The translations under genes were made by a program, and so were the position numbers. This document shows positions 47,469 through 55,875 of a stretch of DNA of 64,000 nt, one piece after another. How positions within the stretch are numbered: the first letter of the stretch is position 1; every line of letters starts with the position of its first letter. Source of the DNA: a bacterium (GTDB lineage: Bacteria; Patescibacteriota; Minisyncoccia; Phycocordibacterales; UBA5272); contig JAHFNC010000004.1 in the NCBI GenBank assembly GCA_023267535.1, positions 3,757 through 67,756 of the forward strand, written 5' to 3'. Under the pieces are notes generated by a model. It worked only from the letters and a program-made list of their open reading frames with translations, was not told the origin of the DNA and searched no databases.

Positions 47469-48821
47469 ATGCTCAATAAATTAAAAAATATTTTTAATGA
47501 TAAAAAAATAGTTGTCAGATTCGCTCCGTCACCAACAGGTCTTCTTCACCTCGGTAATTATAGAACAGCTGTTTTTGCTTATCTATATGCTAGAAAAAAT
47601 GGTGGTAAATTTATTTTGAGAATAGAAGATACAGACAGAGAAAGAAGCAAAAAAGAATACGAAGAAAACATAATAGAAAGTTTAAAATGGCTTAACATTG
47701 ATTACGATAATTTTTATCGTCAAAGTGAAAATTTAACTTCACACACCAAACATTTAAAAAAATTAATTGAAGAAGGTAAAGCTTTTATTTCAAAAGAAGA
47801 AGCAAAAGACGGTAGCGGTATTATGCGCGAATTGGTCCGATTTAAAAATCCAAACAAGGATGTAATCTTTAATGATATTATTCGTGGAGAAATAAAAACA
47901 AATACGACTGATCTTGGAGATTTTGTTATTGCTAAGTCAATAACTGAACCATTATTTCATTTAGCGGTTGTGGTTGATGATTACGAAGAAGGCGTGACCC
48001 ATATTTTAAGAGGAGAAGACCATATACCAAATACTCCTCGCCAAATTTTAATTCAGGAGGCACTTGGTTTTCCACATCCAACGTATGCACATTTACCACT
48101 TGTTTTATCGGAAGACAGAACAAAGCTATCAAAAAGAAAAGGAGCATTGCCTGTAACAGCTTATAGAGATATTGGATATTTACCCGAAGCTCTTATAAAC
48201 TTTATGGCTTTTATTGGATGGAATCCAGGAGGAGAAAAAGAAATTTTTTCAAAAGAAGAATTGGTTAAAATTTTTGATTTATCTGACATACAAAAAGGTG
48301 GAGCAATCTTCAATGAAGAAAAATTAAAATGGATGAATAAAGAACATTTAAAAAAAGAATCTAAAGATAAACAGTTTTCAAATATAAAAAAGTTTTTAAG
48401 TGAATATGATGACGGAATTATTAAAAGAGCACAAGACACAATAATAGAAAGAATTTCTTATTACGGTGAAATTGATTTGATAAAAGAAAATGAATTTGAG
48501 TTCTTAATAAAAAGACCAAAAATAACAGGGGACAAACTTGTTTGGAAAACATCAAACAAAGAAAAAACTATAGCTAACTTAATAGGGGTATTGGACGTAC
48601 TATCTAAAACATCTCTTGAATCAATTGATTCAATCAAAAATAATCTTATGCCATATGCCGAAAAGAACGGTAAAGGAGATGTTCTTTGGCCACTTCGTTT
48701 TGCATTGTCAGGACAAGATAAATCTATGGATCCATTTACCATTTGTTATATTCTTCAGTCTGTTGAAGCAAAAGAAAGAATAGAGAACGCAATAAAACTT
48801 CTTAATCAAACAACAATGTAA
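47469..48821 (+). CDS. gltX: glutamyl-tRNA synthetase
   Basis: 'RFAPSPTGLLHLGNYRTAVFAYLYAR', 'KLSKRKG'. Confidence 0.9.
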   Translation: MLNKLKNIFNDKKIVVRFAPSPTGLLHLGNYRTAVFAYLYARKNGGKFILRIEDTDRERSKKEYEENIIESLKWLNIDYDNFYRQSENLTSHTKHLKKLIEEGKAFISKEEAKDGSGIMRELVRFKNPNKDVIFNDIIRGEIKTNTTDLGDFVIAKSITEPLFHLAVVVDDYEEGVTHILRGEDHIPNTPRQILIQEALGFPHPTYAHLPLVLSEDRTKLSKRKGALPVTAYRDIGYLPEALINFMAFIGWNPGGEKEIFSKEELVKIFDLSDIQKGGAIFNEEKLKWMNKEHLKKESKDKQFSNIKKFLSEYDDGIIKRAQDTIIERISYYGEIDLIKENEFEFLIKRPKITGDKLVWKTSNKEKTIANLIGVLDVLSKTSLESIDSIKNNLMPYAEKNGKGDVLWPLRFALSGQDKSMDPFTICYILQSVEAKERIENAIKLLNQTTM

Positions 48822-48824
48822 TAC

Positions 48825-50120
48825 ATGAAGATGAGCTCTTTTCAAAAATCAATATTTTTATTTGTGACATCATTTTTTTTGATGGCTAATGTCTATGGAG
48901 CAACAGTAGATGAAATGAAAGCAAGCATCGATGATATAACTCAAAAAATACAAACTCTTGATAAAGAAATAGCTCAGTACAATAAACAAATAAGCCAAAC
49001 TCAAGGACAAGCTAAGACGTTGAAACAAGCGATTACTAATCTAGAAGTTAGGCGTGCTGCTTTACTTAAGGAAATAGATAAGACTAAATTAAATATTACT
49101 AAAACTGAAGATGATATATCTAAAACACAATCAAAAATTTCTGTAACTCAACAAAAAATAAATAATAACAATCTTTCGTTGGCTGAAATTATAAGGGGAA
49201 TTAATCAACAGGAAAATTCAGCCCCACCTATGCTGGGAATACTAGAAAAGAACAGTAGTATTTCTTCTGCTTTAGATGTTGTTAAAAGAAGCACTGATGT
49301 AAGTAATGCCGTAAATGAAAAAATTAGAAATCTACAGGATGCTAAAGTTGATTTAAGCAACACTAAACAAGAATTTGAGGTGCATAAGAAACAGCTTATT
49401 GACCTTAATAAAAATCTTTCTGACCAAAAACAATTAGTTGAACAAACTAAAGCTGATAAGAATCAATTGCTTTCTGAAACTAAAAATAAAGAAAGCGAAT
49501 ACCAAAAACTTTTAGCCGACAGAAAACAAAAGAAGGATCAAATGGAATCTGAATTAGGAGACATCGAATCGAAATTAACAGCTGCTGTTGATTTAAGTAA
49601 ACTTCCATCCTATGGAAGTGGAGCTCTTCATTATCCTGTTGATGTTGTAAAAATTACCCAGTACTTCGGTAACACTCCATTTGCTACCAAGAACCCACAA
49701 GTATATAACGGTATGGGACATAACGGTGTAGATTTTGGAACACATGTCGGAACCGTTGTGTATTCCGCAGCCGATGGCATTGTAGCTGGTACAGGAAACA
49801 CAGACGCTGGTTGTGTTGGCGTATCTTATGGAAAATGGGTTCTAATCCGTCACAACAACGGATTGTCTACTTTATACGCTCACTTATCAGTTATAGATGT
49901 AACAGCAGGTCAATCGGTTACAACGCATCAAAGAATTGCGCTATCTGGCAATACTGGTTACAGTACTGGTCCTCATGTTCACTTTACGGTATACGCTTCT
50001 TCAGCTGTTCATATAACAAGTCCAACAGAATATAAAAGTAAAGTTTGTGGAACTTATATGATAATGCCTATTGCTCCACGAGATGCTTACCTTAATCCTT
50101 TAACTTATTTGCCTCAATAG
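48825..50120 (+). CDS. M23 family metallopeptidase with N-terminal coiled coil (EnvC-like)
   Basis: Signal peptide, long coiled coil, LytM motifs 'HNGVDFG…', 'ALSGNTGYSTGPHVHF'. Confidence 0.8.
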   Translation: MKMSSFQKSIFLFVTSFFLMANVYGATVDEMKASIDDITQKIQTLDKEIAQYNKQISQTQGQAKTLKQAITNLEVRRAALLKEIDKTKLNITKTEDDISKTQSKISVTQQKINNNNLSLAEIIRGINQQENSAPPMLGILEKNSSISSALDVVKRSTDVSNAVNEKIRNLQDAKVDLSNTKQEFEVHKKQLIDLNKNLSDQKQLVEQTKADKNQLLSETKNKESEYQKLLADRKQKKDQMESELGDIESKLTAAVDLSKLPSYGSGALHYPVDVVKITQYFGNTPFATKNPQVYNGMGHNGVDFGTHVGTVVYSAADGIVAGTGNTDAGCVGVSYGKWVLIRHNNGLSTLYAHLSVIDVTAGQSVTTHQRIALSGNTGYSTGPHVHFTVYASSAVHITSPTEYKSKVCGTYMIMPIAPRDAYLNPLTYLPQ

Positions 50121-50145
50121 TAAGGGGATACATACTACCGAGATT

Positions 50146-50241
50146 ATGATAACTTTTACTATTCCGGCCTTCATATTGATAATTCTTACAGTTCTCATTA
50201 TAGGAACAATAACTGGCGCTTTGTTTATCTTGAAAAAATAA
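50146..50241 (+). CDS. 31-aa hydrophobic peptide (speculative)
   Basis: ATG…TAA ORF MITFTIPAFILIILTVLIIGTITGALFILKK, 17 nt downstream of a GGGGA SD-like. Confidence 0.2.
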   Translation: MITFTIPAFILIILTVLIIGTITGALFILKK

Positions 50242-50299
50242 AATCATAACTAGTAAGATAACCTAAAATGATACATAATAACGCTTTTTATTATATAGA

Positions 50300-50408
50300 G
50301 TCGTAAAGTACCGTTGTAAGACATTTTAGGGATCTTAATGTCTTACAACGGCTACAATCTTTTACGACAATACATAATAAGAGTTTTTGTTATGTATTGT
50401 CGTAAAAG
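50300..50408. repeat. compound palindromic element (two overlapping perfect hairpins)
   Basis: Hairpin 1 has a 15-bp perfect stem (50311-50325/50337-50351) plus an outer GTCGTAAAG/CTTT(T)ACGAC stem. Hairpin 2 has a 19-bp perfect stem (50359-50377/50390-50408). They share segment 50359-50368. Confidence 0.5.
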
Positions 50409-50543
50409 ATATATTGTGCGACATTGCCTATATAAATCCCCCGATACGAAAACCTTGAAAACTAGACAACTTTACTTAGCGTCATAAATAACATTTTAAA
50501 ATAATTTACAAACAAGCTTTCTCTTACCCTTTCAATCGTCAGA

Positions 50544-51305
50544 CTAATTACTAGAATTCTGATTCCTCCATTCATATAACACCACCGCCGTTGCTACTGA
50601 CGCATTCAAAGACTCACACAATGGATTTGTTTTGATTGATATCTTAAAATCACACATTTCAAGTGTTTTAAGTCTTATACCAGACCCCTCTTTACCTATA
50701 ACCAAAACTGTAGGACTATCAAATTTTGTTTTATTTAATTCTGTGTCACCGTCGCCAGCTAAACCATAAATCCAAAATTGTTTTTCCTTTAACTTTTCAA
50801 GTGTATTGTTTATATTTCCAATTCTGACAATTGGTATAGCAAAGTTCATGCCAGAAGCTGTCTTGATTACCGTTGTAGTTACTTGTGTTTGATCATGCTC
50901 AGGCATAAGAATTGCATCGGCTCCGAAAGCGACAGCACTACGAATTATAGCTCCGACATTATGAGGATCTTCTAATTCATCAAGCAACACGAAAAGTGGA
51001 TTACCCTCTTTGGTTTTTATTTTTTCTAAAATAAAATCTAAATCTGAATACAAAGATTTATTGTTAAGTAATGCACACACACCTTGGTGTAAAACTTCTT
51101 TCCCTGACATACTTTCTATCTCACTTCCTGTAACTACTTCATAAGAAATTTTATTACTCTGAACAAGGCTAATTATTTCTGGATTACTCTCTGATTGTTT
51201 GGTTAGATATAATTTTTCTATTATATGACTATTATCTCGCTTTTGAGCAAAAATAGCCTCTTTTAAAGGGTTTTTGCCACATAAATAGACTTTATTGGTG
51301 TTCAT
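50544..51305 (-). CDS. SpoU/TrmH-family RNA 2'-O-methyltransferase (RlmB-like)
   Basis: 'LLDELEDPHNVGAIIRSAVAFGADAILMP', N-terminal substrate-binding domain. Confidence 0.8.
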   Translation of the reverse strand: MNTNKVYLCGKNPLKEAIFAQKRDNSHIIEKLYLTKQSESNPEIISLVQSNKISYEVVTGSEIESMSGKEVLHQGVCALLNNKSLYSDLDFILEKIKTKEGNPLFVLLDELEDPHNVGAIIRSAVAFGADAILMPEHDQTQVTTTVIKTASGMNFAIPIVRIGNINNTLEKLKEKQFWIYGLAGDGDTELNKTKFDSPTVLVIGKEGSGIRLKTLEMCDFKISIKTNPLCESLNASVATAVVLYEWRNQNSSN

Positions 51306-51322
51306 AGTGTGGATATTATAAC

Positions 51323-51349
51323 AAAAAATCCCCTATTTTGGGGATTTTT
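51323..51349. terminator. rho-independent terminator
   Basis: AAAATCCCC-TATTTT-GGGGATTTT. Confidence 0.6.
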
Positions 51350-51365
51350 ATATTGTTTTGAAAAT

Positions 51366-51782
51366 TTATCTGAATTGAGGTGTGGTGGTTGCTGTATTTG
51401 TTTTTGGTTTTGTCTGCTTTACAGTTTTACTTTTTACGCTTACCTCTGCTTTTTTTGATTCTACTTTTTTAGCGATTACAGATTTTTTAACCTCTCCGTT
51501 CCCACGAATAGCTGTTGACGATGCTTTCATTTCAACATTCTTTTTAGTCTCTGCTATTTTTTCTGTTGAAGTAGCACTTCCTTTCCATTTTATGGTGCTT
51601 GTAGCAACTGGATGAAAAGCTTTCACTACTGGTTTTTTAATTTCTTTTTTTACTTCCTTCTTATTCTTAACTATCGTACTGCCTGTATTTTGTCCGAGAG
51701 TCTGTGCGAAAGAAGATAAAGGGAACAAAGCTAGCGTTCCAACTATAATTGATGTTTGAATTATTTTTTTCTTACTAATCAT
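51366..51782 (-). CDS. secreted Lys/Thr-rich hypothetical protein
   Basis: 138 aa; signal peptide; low-complexity K/T/S-rich. Confidence 0.45.
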   Translation of the reverse strand: MISKKKIIQTSIIVGTLALFPLSSFAQTLGQNTGSTIVKNKKEVKKEIKKPVVKAFHPVATSTIKWKGSATSTEKIAETKKNVEMKASSTAIRGNGEVKKSVIAKKVESKKAEVSVKSKTVKQTKPKTNTATTTPQFR

Positions 51783-51910
51783 AAATTTACAAATTTGCGT
51801 TTGTTATTAACTATTAAATACATTAGCAGGGACTACAAAAATTGTGGCCTAAGACCCGCTTATTTAATAATATATGAAAAATGGCTTTTTTATTGCAGTT
51901 ATCCCCAAAT

Positions 51911-52759
51911 TTAAACAATATATAGATCTTGATTAAAAGCACCAAGCCCAACGTTTTTACCGCCACCGTTTAAGATGGTTTCAAACGGGCGACAAAAGAT
52001 ACAACCCTCTTCTCCTCTTGGACAATTAAATCCTCCTCCTGTAACCCCCTTTTCTCTTGCTTCTTTTACCTTAATGGCAACTTCCATAACATCTCTACGC
52101 GCTTCATCTTTATCTGGTAATTCTTTTTCAACAATCTTATCGCTATCTAAATACCAATATGAAGCCTTAGACACTTTTCTTTTTTGTAAAGCATTACACA
52201 ATAAAAGGTATATAGGTAACTGTAATGATTTTTCATTTTCTTCATTCTTTCCAGTTTTAAAATCAATTATATGAAGAGAGTCTGTTTTTGGTAAATATTC
52301 TATCCAGTCTATAAGACCATTTAATATTAAATTATCATCTTCGCTTAAATAAAAATTAGGATTCATTTTTTCTTGCGGAAGTTTTATTATTTTATTTCCT
52401 AAAAATCTTGGATTATTAATTACTGTTTTTATCATTTCAATACCTCTCTTTTTATAATCTTCCTCTTCTTCTTTTGATTTGAATCCACCTTTCTCGCCAG
52501 TTACTTTTTCCCATTCTTTTTCGAAATCATCTAACAAATTACGATTCAAACGAACATCTGACGGGAATTTTGCTAACCCTTCAAGCACTTCGTGCACTGC
52601 CACACCTAAAGATAAGGCAGGGGTAACTATATTCATCTTTCTTCCAGTTTTAGGATCTTTGTAAATATTTCGTAAATAATAAAGACGAGGACATTTAAGA
52701 AAATCCCCCATCGATGAGTGTGACACCCAAACTGCTTTATATTTATCAGGTAAAGCCAT
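51911..52759 (-). CDS. Cas4/AddB-like PD-(D/E)xK nuclease with Fe-S cysteine cluster
   Basis: N-terminal Cys ('FLKCPRLYYL'), 'IIDFKTGK' nuclease motif, C-terminal 'CPRGEEGCIFC'. Confidence 0.65.
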   Translation of the reverse strand: MALPDKYKAVWVSHSSMGDFLKCPRLYYLRNIYKDPKTGRKMNIVTPALSLGVAVHEVLEGLAKFPSDVRLNRNLLDDFEKEWEKVTGEKGGFKSKEEEEDYKKRGIEMIKTVINNPRFLGNKIIKLPQEKMNPNFYLSEDDNLILNGLIDWIEYLPKTDSLHIIDFKTGKNEENEKSLQLPIYLLLCNALQKRKVSKASYWYLDSDKIVEKELPDKDEARRDVMEVAIKVKEAREKGVTGGGFNCPRGEEGCIFCRPFETILNGGGKNVGLGAFNQDLYIV

Positions 52760-52782
52760 TATAATTTGTATTTTAACATGAA

Positions 52783-53484
52783 CTAGAAAAAGGCTTCTGT
52801 ATAAATGTTTTCTTCAGAAATACCACCGTCCCTTAATCCCTTCCACATTTCACGAACAAAAGAAATTGACCCACAAATAAAAAATTCTTTATTTCTAATT
52901 TCGTTATTAATATGATTAATAATTTCTTTAGCATCTATCCTTCCCTTTATAAAAAAATTATCTAAATCACTCTCTTGTGTAATAAAATATTTAACCATAA
53001 AGTTATTATGTGAAGATGAAAAATAATCAAATTCATTTTTAAAAACAATATCTGAAATATTTTTATTACTATAAAATAAATACATATTTCTTTTAGAATT
53101 ATTATTTAAATGATGTGTAATCTGGCTTTTAAAAGGAGTGATTCCCATGCCTCCTGCTACAAATACTAAATCTGTTTCTTTATTTTCTGTATAAAAAAAT
53201 CCATACGGATTGGAAGAAACAACTTCGTCTCCAATTTTTAAATCATTCAATTTAGAAGAAAATTCTCCTACTTTTTTTATTGTTATGCTAAATGTATTAT
53301 CATCAATTTTATCTGACACACTATATGCTTTCCCCTCTTTGATTTCTGTGTCTGGAAAAAAAATAGTAATAAACTGCCCGGGAATAAAAGAGGTTTTTTC
53401 TTGACTATATAATTTAAGAGTAAAAATATTATTACCCCTATCTTCTTTATCTATTACTTTTAACTTTGTTTTATTTCCTTCCAT
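52783..53484 (-). CDS. FAD/NAD(P)-binding oxidoreductase (ferredoxin-NADP reductase-like)
   Basis: 'PGQFITIFFP', 'KAYSVS', 'VAGGMGITPF'. Confidence 0.7.
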   Translation of the reverse strand: MEGNKTKLKVIDKEDRGNNIFTLKLYSQEKTSFIPGQFITIFFPDTEIKEGKAYSVSDKIDDNTFSITIKKVGEFSSKLNDLKIGDEVVSSNPYGFFYTENKETDLVFVAGGMGITPFKSQITHHLNNNSKRNMYLFYSNKNISDIVFKNEFDYFSSSHNNFMVKYFITQESDLDNFFIKGRIDAKEIINHINNEIRNKEFFICGSISFVREMWKGLRDGGISEENIYTEAFF

Positions 53485-53905
53485 AATTTTCTTCGTAATC
53501 TTTTATTGCTTCACGTAATGCCAAATGACCAAGTACCGAGCAATGATATTTTCTATCGGGTAACCCTCCTAATCTATCAATAATAGCTTCTGGCGTAATG
53601 TGTTTAGCTTTAGAAATTTCCATACCGTCATTTTCTAATACCATTGTAGACATCATAGAAGTAGAAGCAATCGCCGAAGCACAACCAAATGTTCTCCATT
53701 TACATTCATAAATATTTTTCTTATCTTTGTCTATCTTTATCCAAACCACCATCATGTCTCCACAAGCTGGGCTTCCAACAATTCCAATACCATCGGCTTC
53801 GTAATTACTTTCATCTAAAAGAATGTTTCGCGGACTCAAAAAATGATCTTTAACAACGTCGCTGTATAACCAATTATTTACATCACAAATTTGTTTATCG
53901 TTCAT
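53471..53905 (-). CDS. iscU: Fe-S cluster scaffold NifU/IscU
   Basis: 'GSPACGDMMVVWIKI…CKWRTFGCASAIASTSMMSTMV'. Confidence 0.85.
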   Translation of the reverse strand: MNDKQICDVNNWLYSDVVKDHFLSPRNILLDESNYEADGIGIVGSPACGDMMVVWIKIDKDKKNIYECKWRTFGCASAIASTSMMSTMVLENDGMEISKAKHITPEAIIDRLGGLPDRKYHCSVLGHLALREAIKDYEENYGRK

Positions 53906-55214
53906 ATATTTTTAAAGTAAGAGCTGACATTTGTGTTAAATCTTCAACGATTTTAGGAAAAATATTGAGGACTCTATCTATATCTTCTTTAGTTGTATGT
54001 CGGCCAAAAGAAAATCTCAAACTTCCGTGAATAAGTTTTACATCTTGTCCGATAGCTAAAAGTACATATGATGGTTTCAAATCGTTTGAGGAACAAGCCG
54101 AACCAGTAGAAACTTCTATTCCTAAATTATCTAATTTAAGAAGCATTGACTCCCCTTCTATGTAGGGAACGGTGACATGCGTAATTGATGGAGATCTAAA
54201 TTCTAGAGGAACATTAATTAAAATATTTGGAATTAATTCCTCCAATTCCTCTACAAAATATTTTTGTAGACTTTTTAATCTTTCATATTCTTCTTTTCTA
54301 TTTTCTTGTGCTTTAGTGAGCGCTAAAGAAAATCCAAAAATATTGGCAATGCTTTCTGTCCCACTTCTTAGTCCCCTCTCCTGTCCACCACCGAAAACTA
54401 TTGGGTGTAATTTAATGTCATTTCTTTTATAAAGAAGACCAATACCAGCAGGCCCATAAATTTTAGAACTATTGATAGTCATCAAATCTACACCTAAATC
54501 TTTTACATCTAAAGAAAAAAGATTCGCCGCCTGACAAGCGTCTGTATGTATTAAAGGTTTAAATGGAGTTTCATTTTTTATTCTTTCAGATAATTCTTTT
54601 ATGGGCTGTATGGTTCCAATTTCATTGTTTACGTACATTACGGAAATTAATATTGTCTTTGTGGTAATTAGAGTTAAACATTCTTCTATTTTTATTCTGC
54701 CAAAATTATCAACTGGCATAAAGCTTATTTCAAACCCTTCTTTTTCTAATTGATTAACTGCTTCTATAATTGATTTGTGTTCAATAGAAGAAATAATTAT
54801 ATGATTCCCATTTTGACGATTAGCGCGAGCAAAACCTAAAATAGCTAAATTATTTGCTTCTGTCCCTCCGCTCGTGAAGATAATTTCATTATCGTTTGAA
54901 TTAATTATTTTTGAAATATCAATTCTTGCATTTTCAATTATTCTTTTTGCTTTTCTGCCACTAGTGTGAACAGAAGAAGGGTTGCTATAATCTAATCCAA
55001 AATACGGAAGCATTGTACGAAACACCTCTTTATCAATAGGAGTGCTTGCTGCATAATCTAAATATATTCTTCTATCAGCGACGCCAGACGAGAGAAGTGA
55101 GAAAGTATTCTTTTTCACTTCCGAGTCAAGGAGCTGAAAAGGTAAACGCTCCTTAGTAGCATCCTTGTGATTCTTATCTTGTTTAACTTTACCTGATTCC
55201 GCAATATTTAACAT
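53895..55214 (-). CDS. nifS: cysteine desulfurase (NifS/IscS class V aminotransferase)
   Basis: PLP-Lys region 'TINSSKIYGPAGIGLLY', active-site 'STGSACSS'. Confidence 0.85.
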   Translation of the reverse strand: MLNIAESGKVKQDKNHKDATKERLPFQLLDSEVKKNTFSLLSSGVADRRIYLDYAASTPIDKEVFRTMLPYFGLDYSNPSSVHTSGRKAKRIIENARIDISKIINSNDNEIIFTSGGTEANNLAILGFARANRQNGNHIIISSIEHKSIIEAVNQLEKEGFEISFMPVDNFGRIKIEECLTLITTKTILISVMYVNNEIGTIQPIKELSERIKNETPFKPLIHTDACQAANLFSLDVKDLGVDLMTINSSKIYGPAGIGLLYKRNDIKLHPIVFGGGQERGLRSGTESIANIFGFSLALTKAQENRKEEYERLKSLQKYFVEELEELIPNILINVPLEFRSPSITHVTVPYIEGESMLLKLDNLGIEVSTGSACSSNDLKPSYVLLAIGQDVKLIHGSLRFSFGRHTTKEDIDRVLNIFPKIVEDLTQMSALTLKIYER

Positions 55215-55875
55215 AATTTTGTAATCCCTTTTGAAAGGATGTTAATTCTTCTTCTGAGTAAGTAATCTTATTTTTAAATTGTGGGTTTAGAATTTTAGTT
55301 GAAACAAATTTTTGTAAATAATATTTTTTTGCACCCCTTATTTCTTCCCCTATTTCTAAAACATCAGATTCCGATACTAAAGATTTAATAAGAGTTGTTC
55401 TAAATTCATAATCTATAGGCGATGACAAAAGTAAATCAATACTTTGTCGTATTTTCTCGATATCGACCGGACGAGAAACAGTTTGGCTATATTTTGAAAG
55501 TGGAGATTTTATATCCATAGCAATATAATCAACAACACCTTCACTTATAGCTTTTTTAAGAACACTCGGATTTGTACCGTTTGAATCAAGCTTTACCAAA
55601 AATCCTAATTCTTTTATTTTTTTAATAAATGAAATTAAATCATTGTGCATTGTCGGTTCACCGCCGGTTATAACCACACCATCTAACAACCCAACTCTCG
55701 TTTTTAAAAAATCCATTACTTCTTCTTCGTTTATTCTAGTTTCCACTGTCTCATCGACCAATTCTGGATTATGACAATAAGGACAACGGAAGTTACATCC
55801 AATGGTGTATAAAATACAAGCTGTTTTTCCTGGATAATCAATTAGAGTAAATTTTTCTAATCCTCCGAATATCAT
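55189..55875 (-). CDS. nrdG: anaerobic ribonucleotide reductase activating protein (radical SAM)
   Basis: 'CNFRCPYCHNPE', 'GVVITGGEPT'. Confidence 0.85.
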   Translation of the reverse strand: MIFGGLEKFTLIDYPGKTACILYTIGCNFRCPYCHNPELVDETVETRINEEEVMDFLKTRVGLLDGVVITGGEPTMHNDLISFIKKIKELGFLVKLDSNGTNPSVLKKAISEGVVDYIAMDIKSPLSKYSQTVSRPVDIEKIRQSIDLLLSSPIDYEFRTTLIKSLVSESDVLEIGEEIRGAKKYYLQKFVSTKILNPQFKNKITYSEEELTSFQKGLQNYVKYCGIR

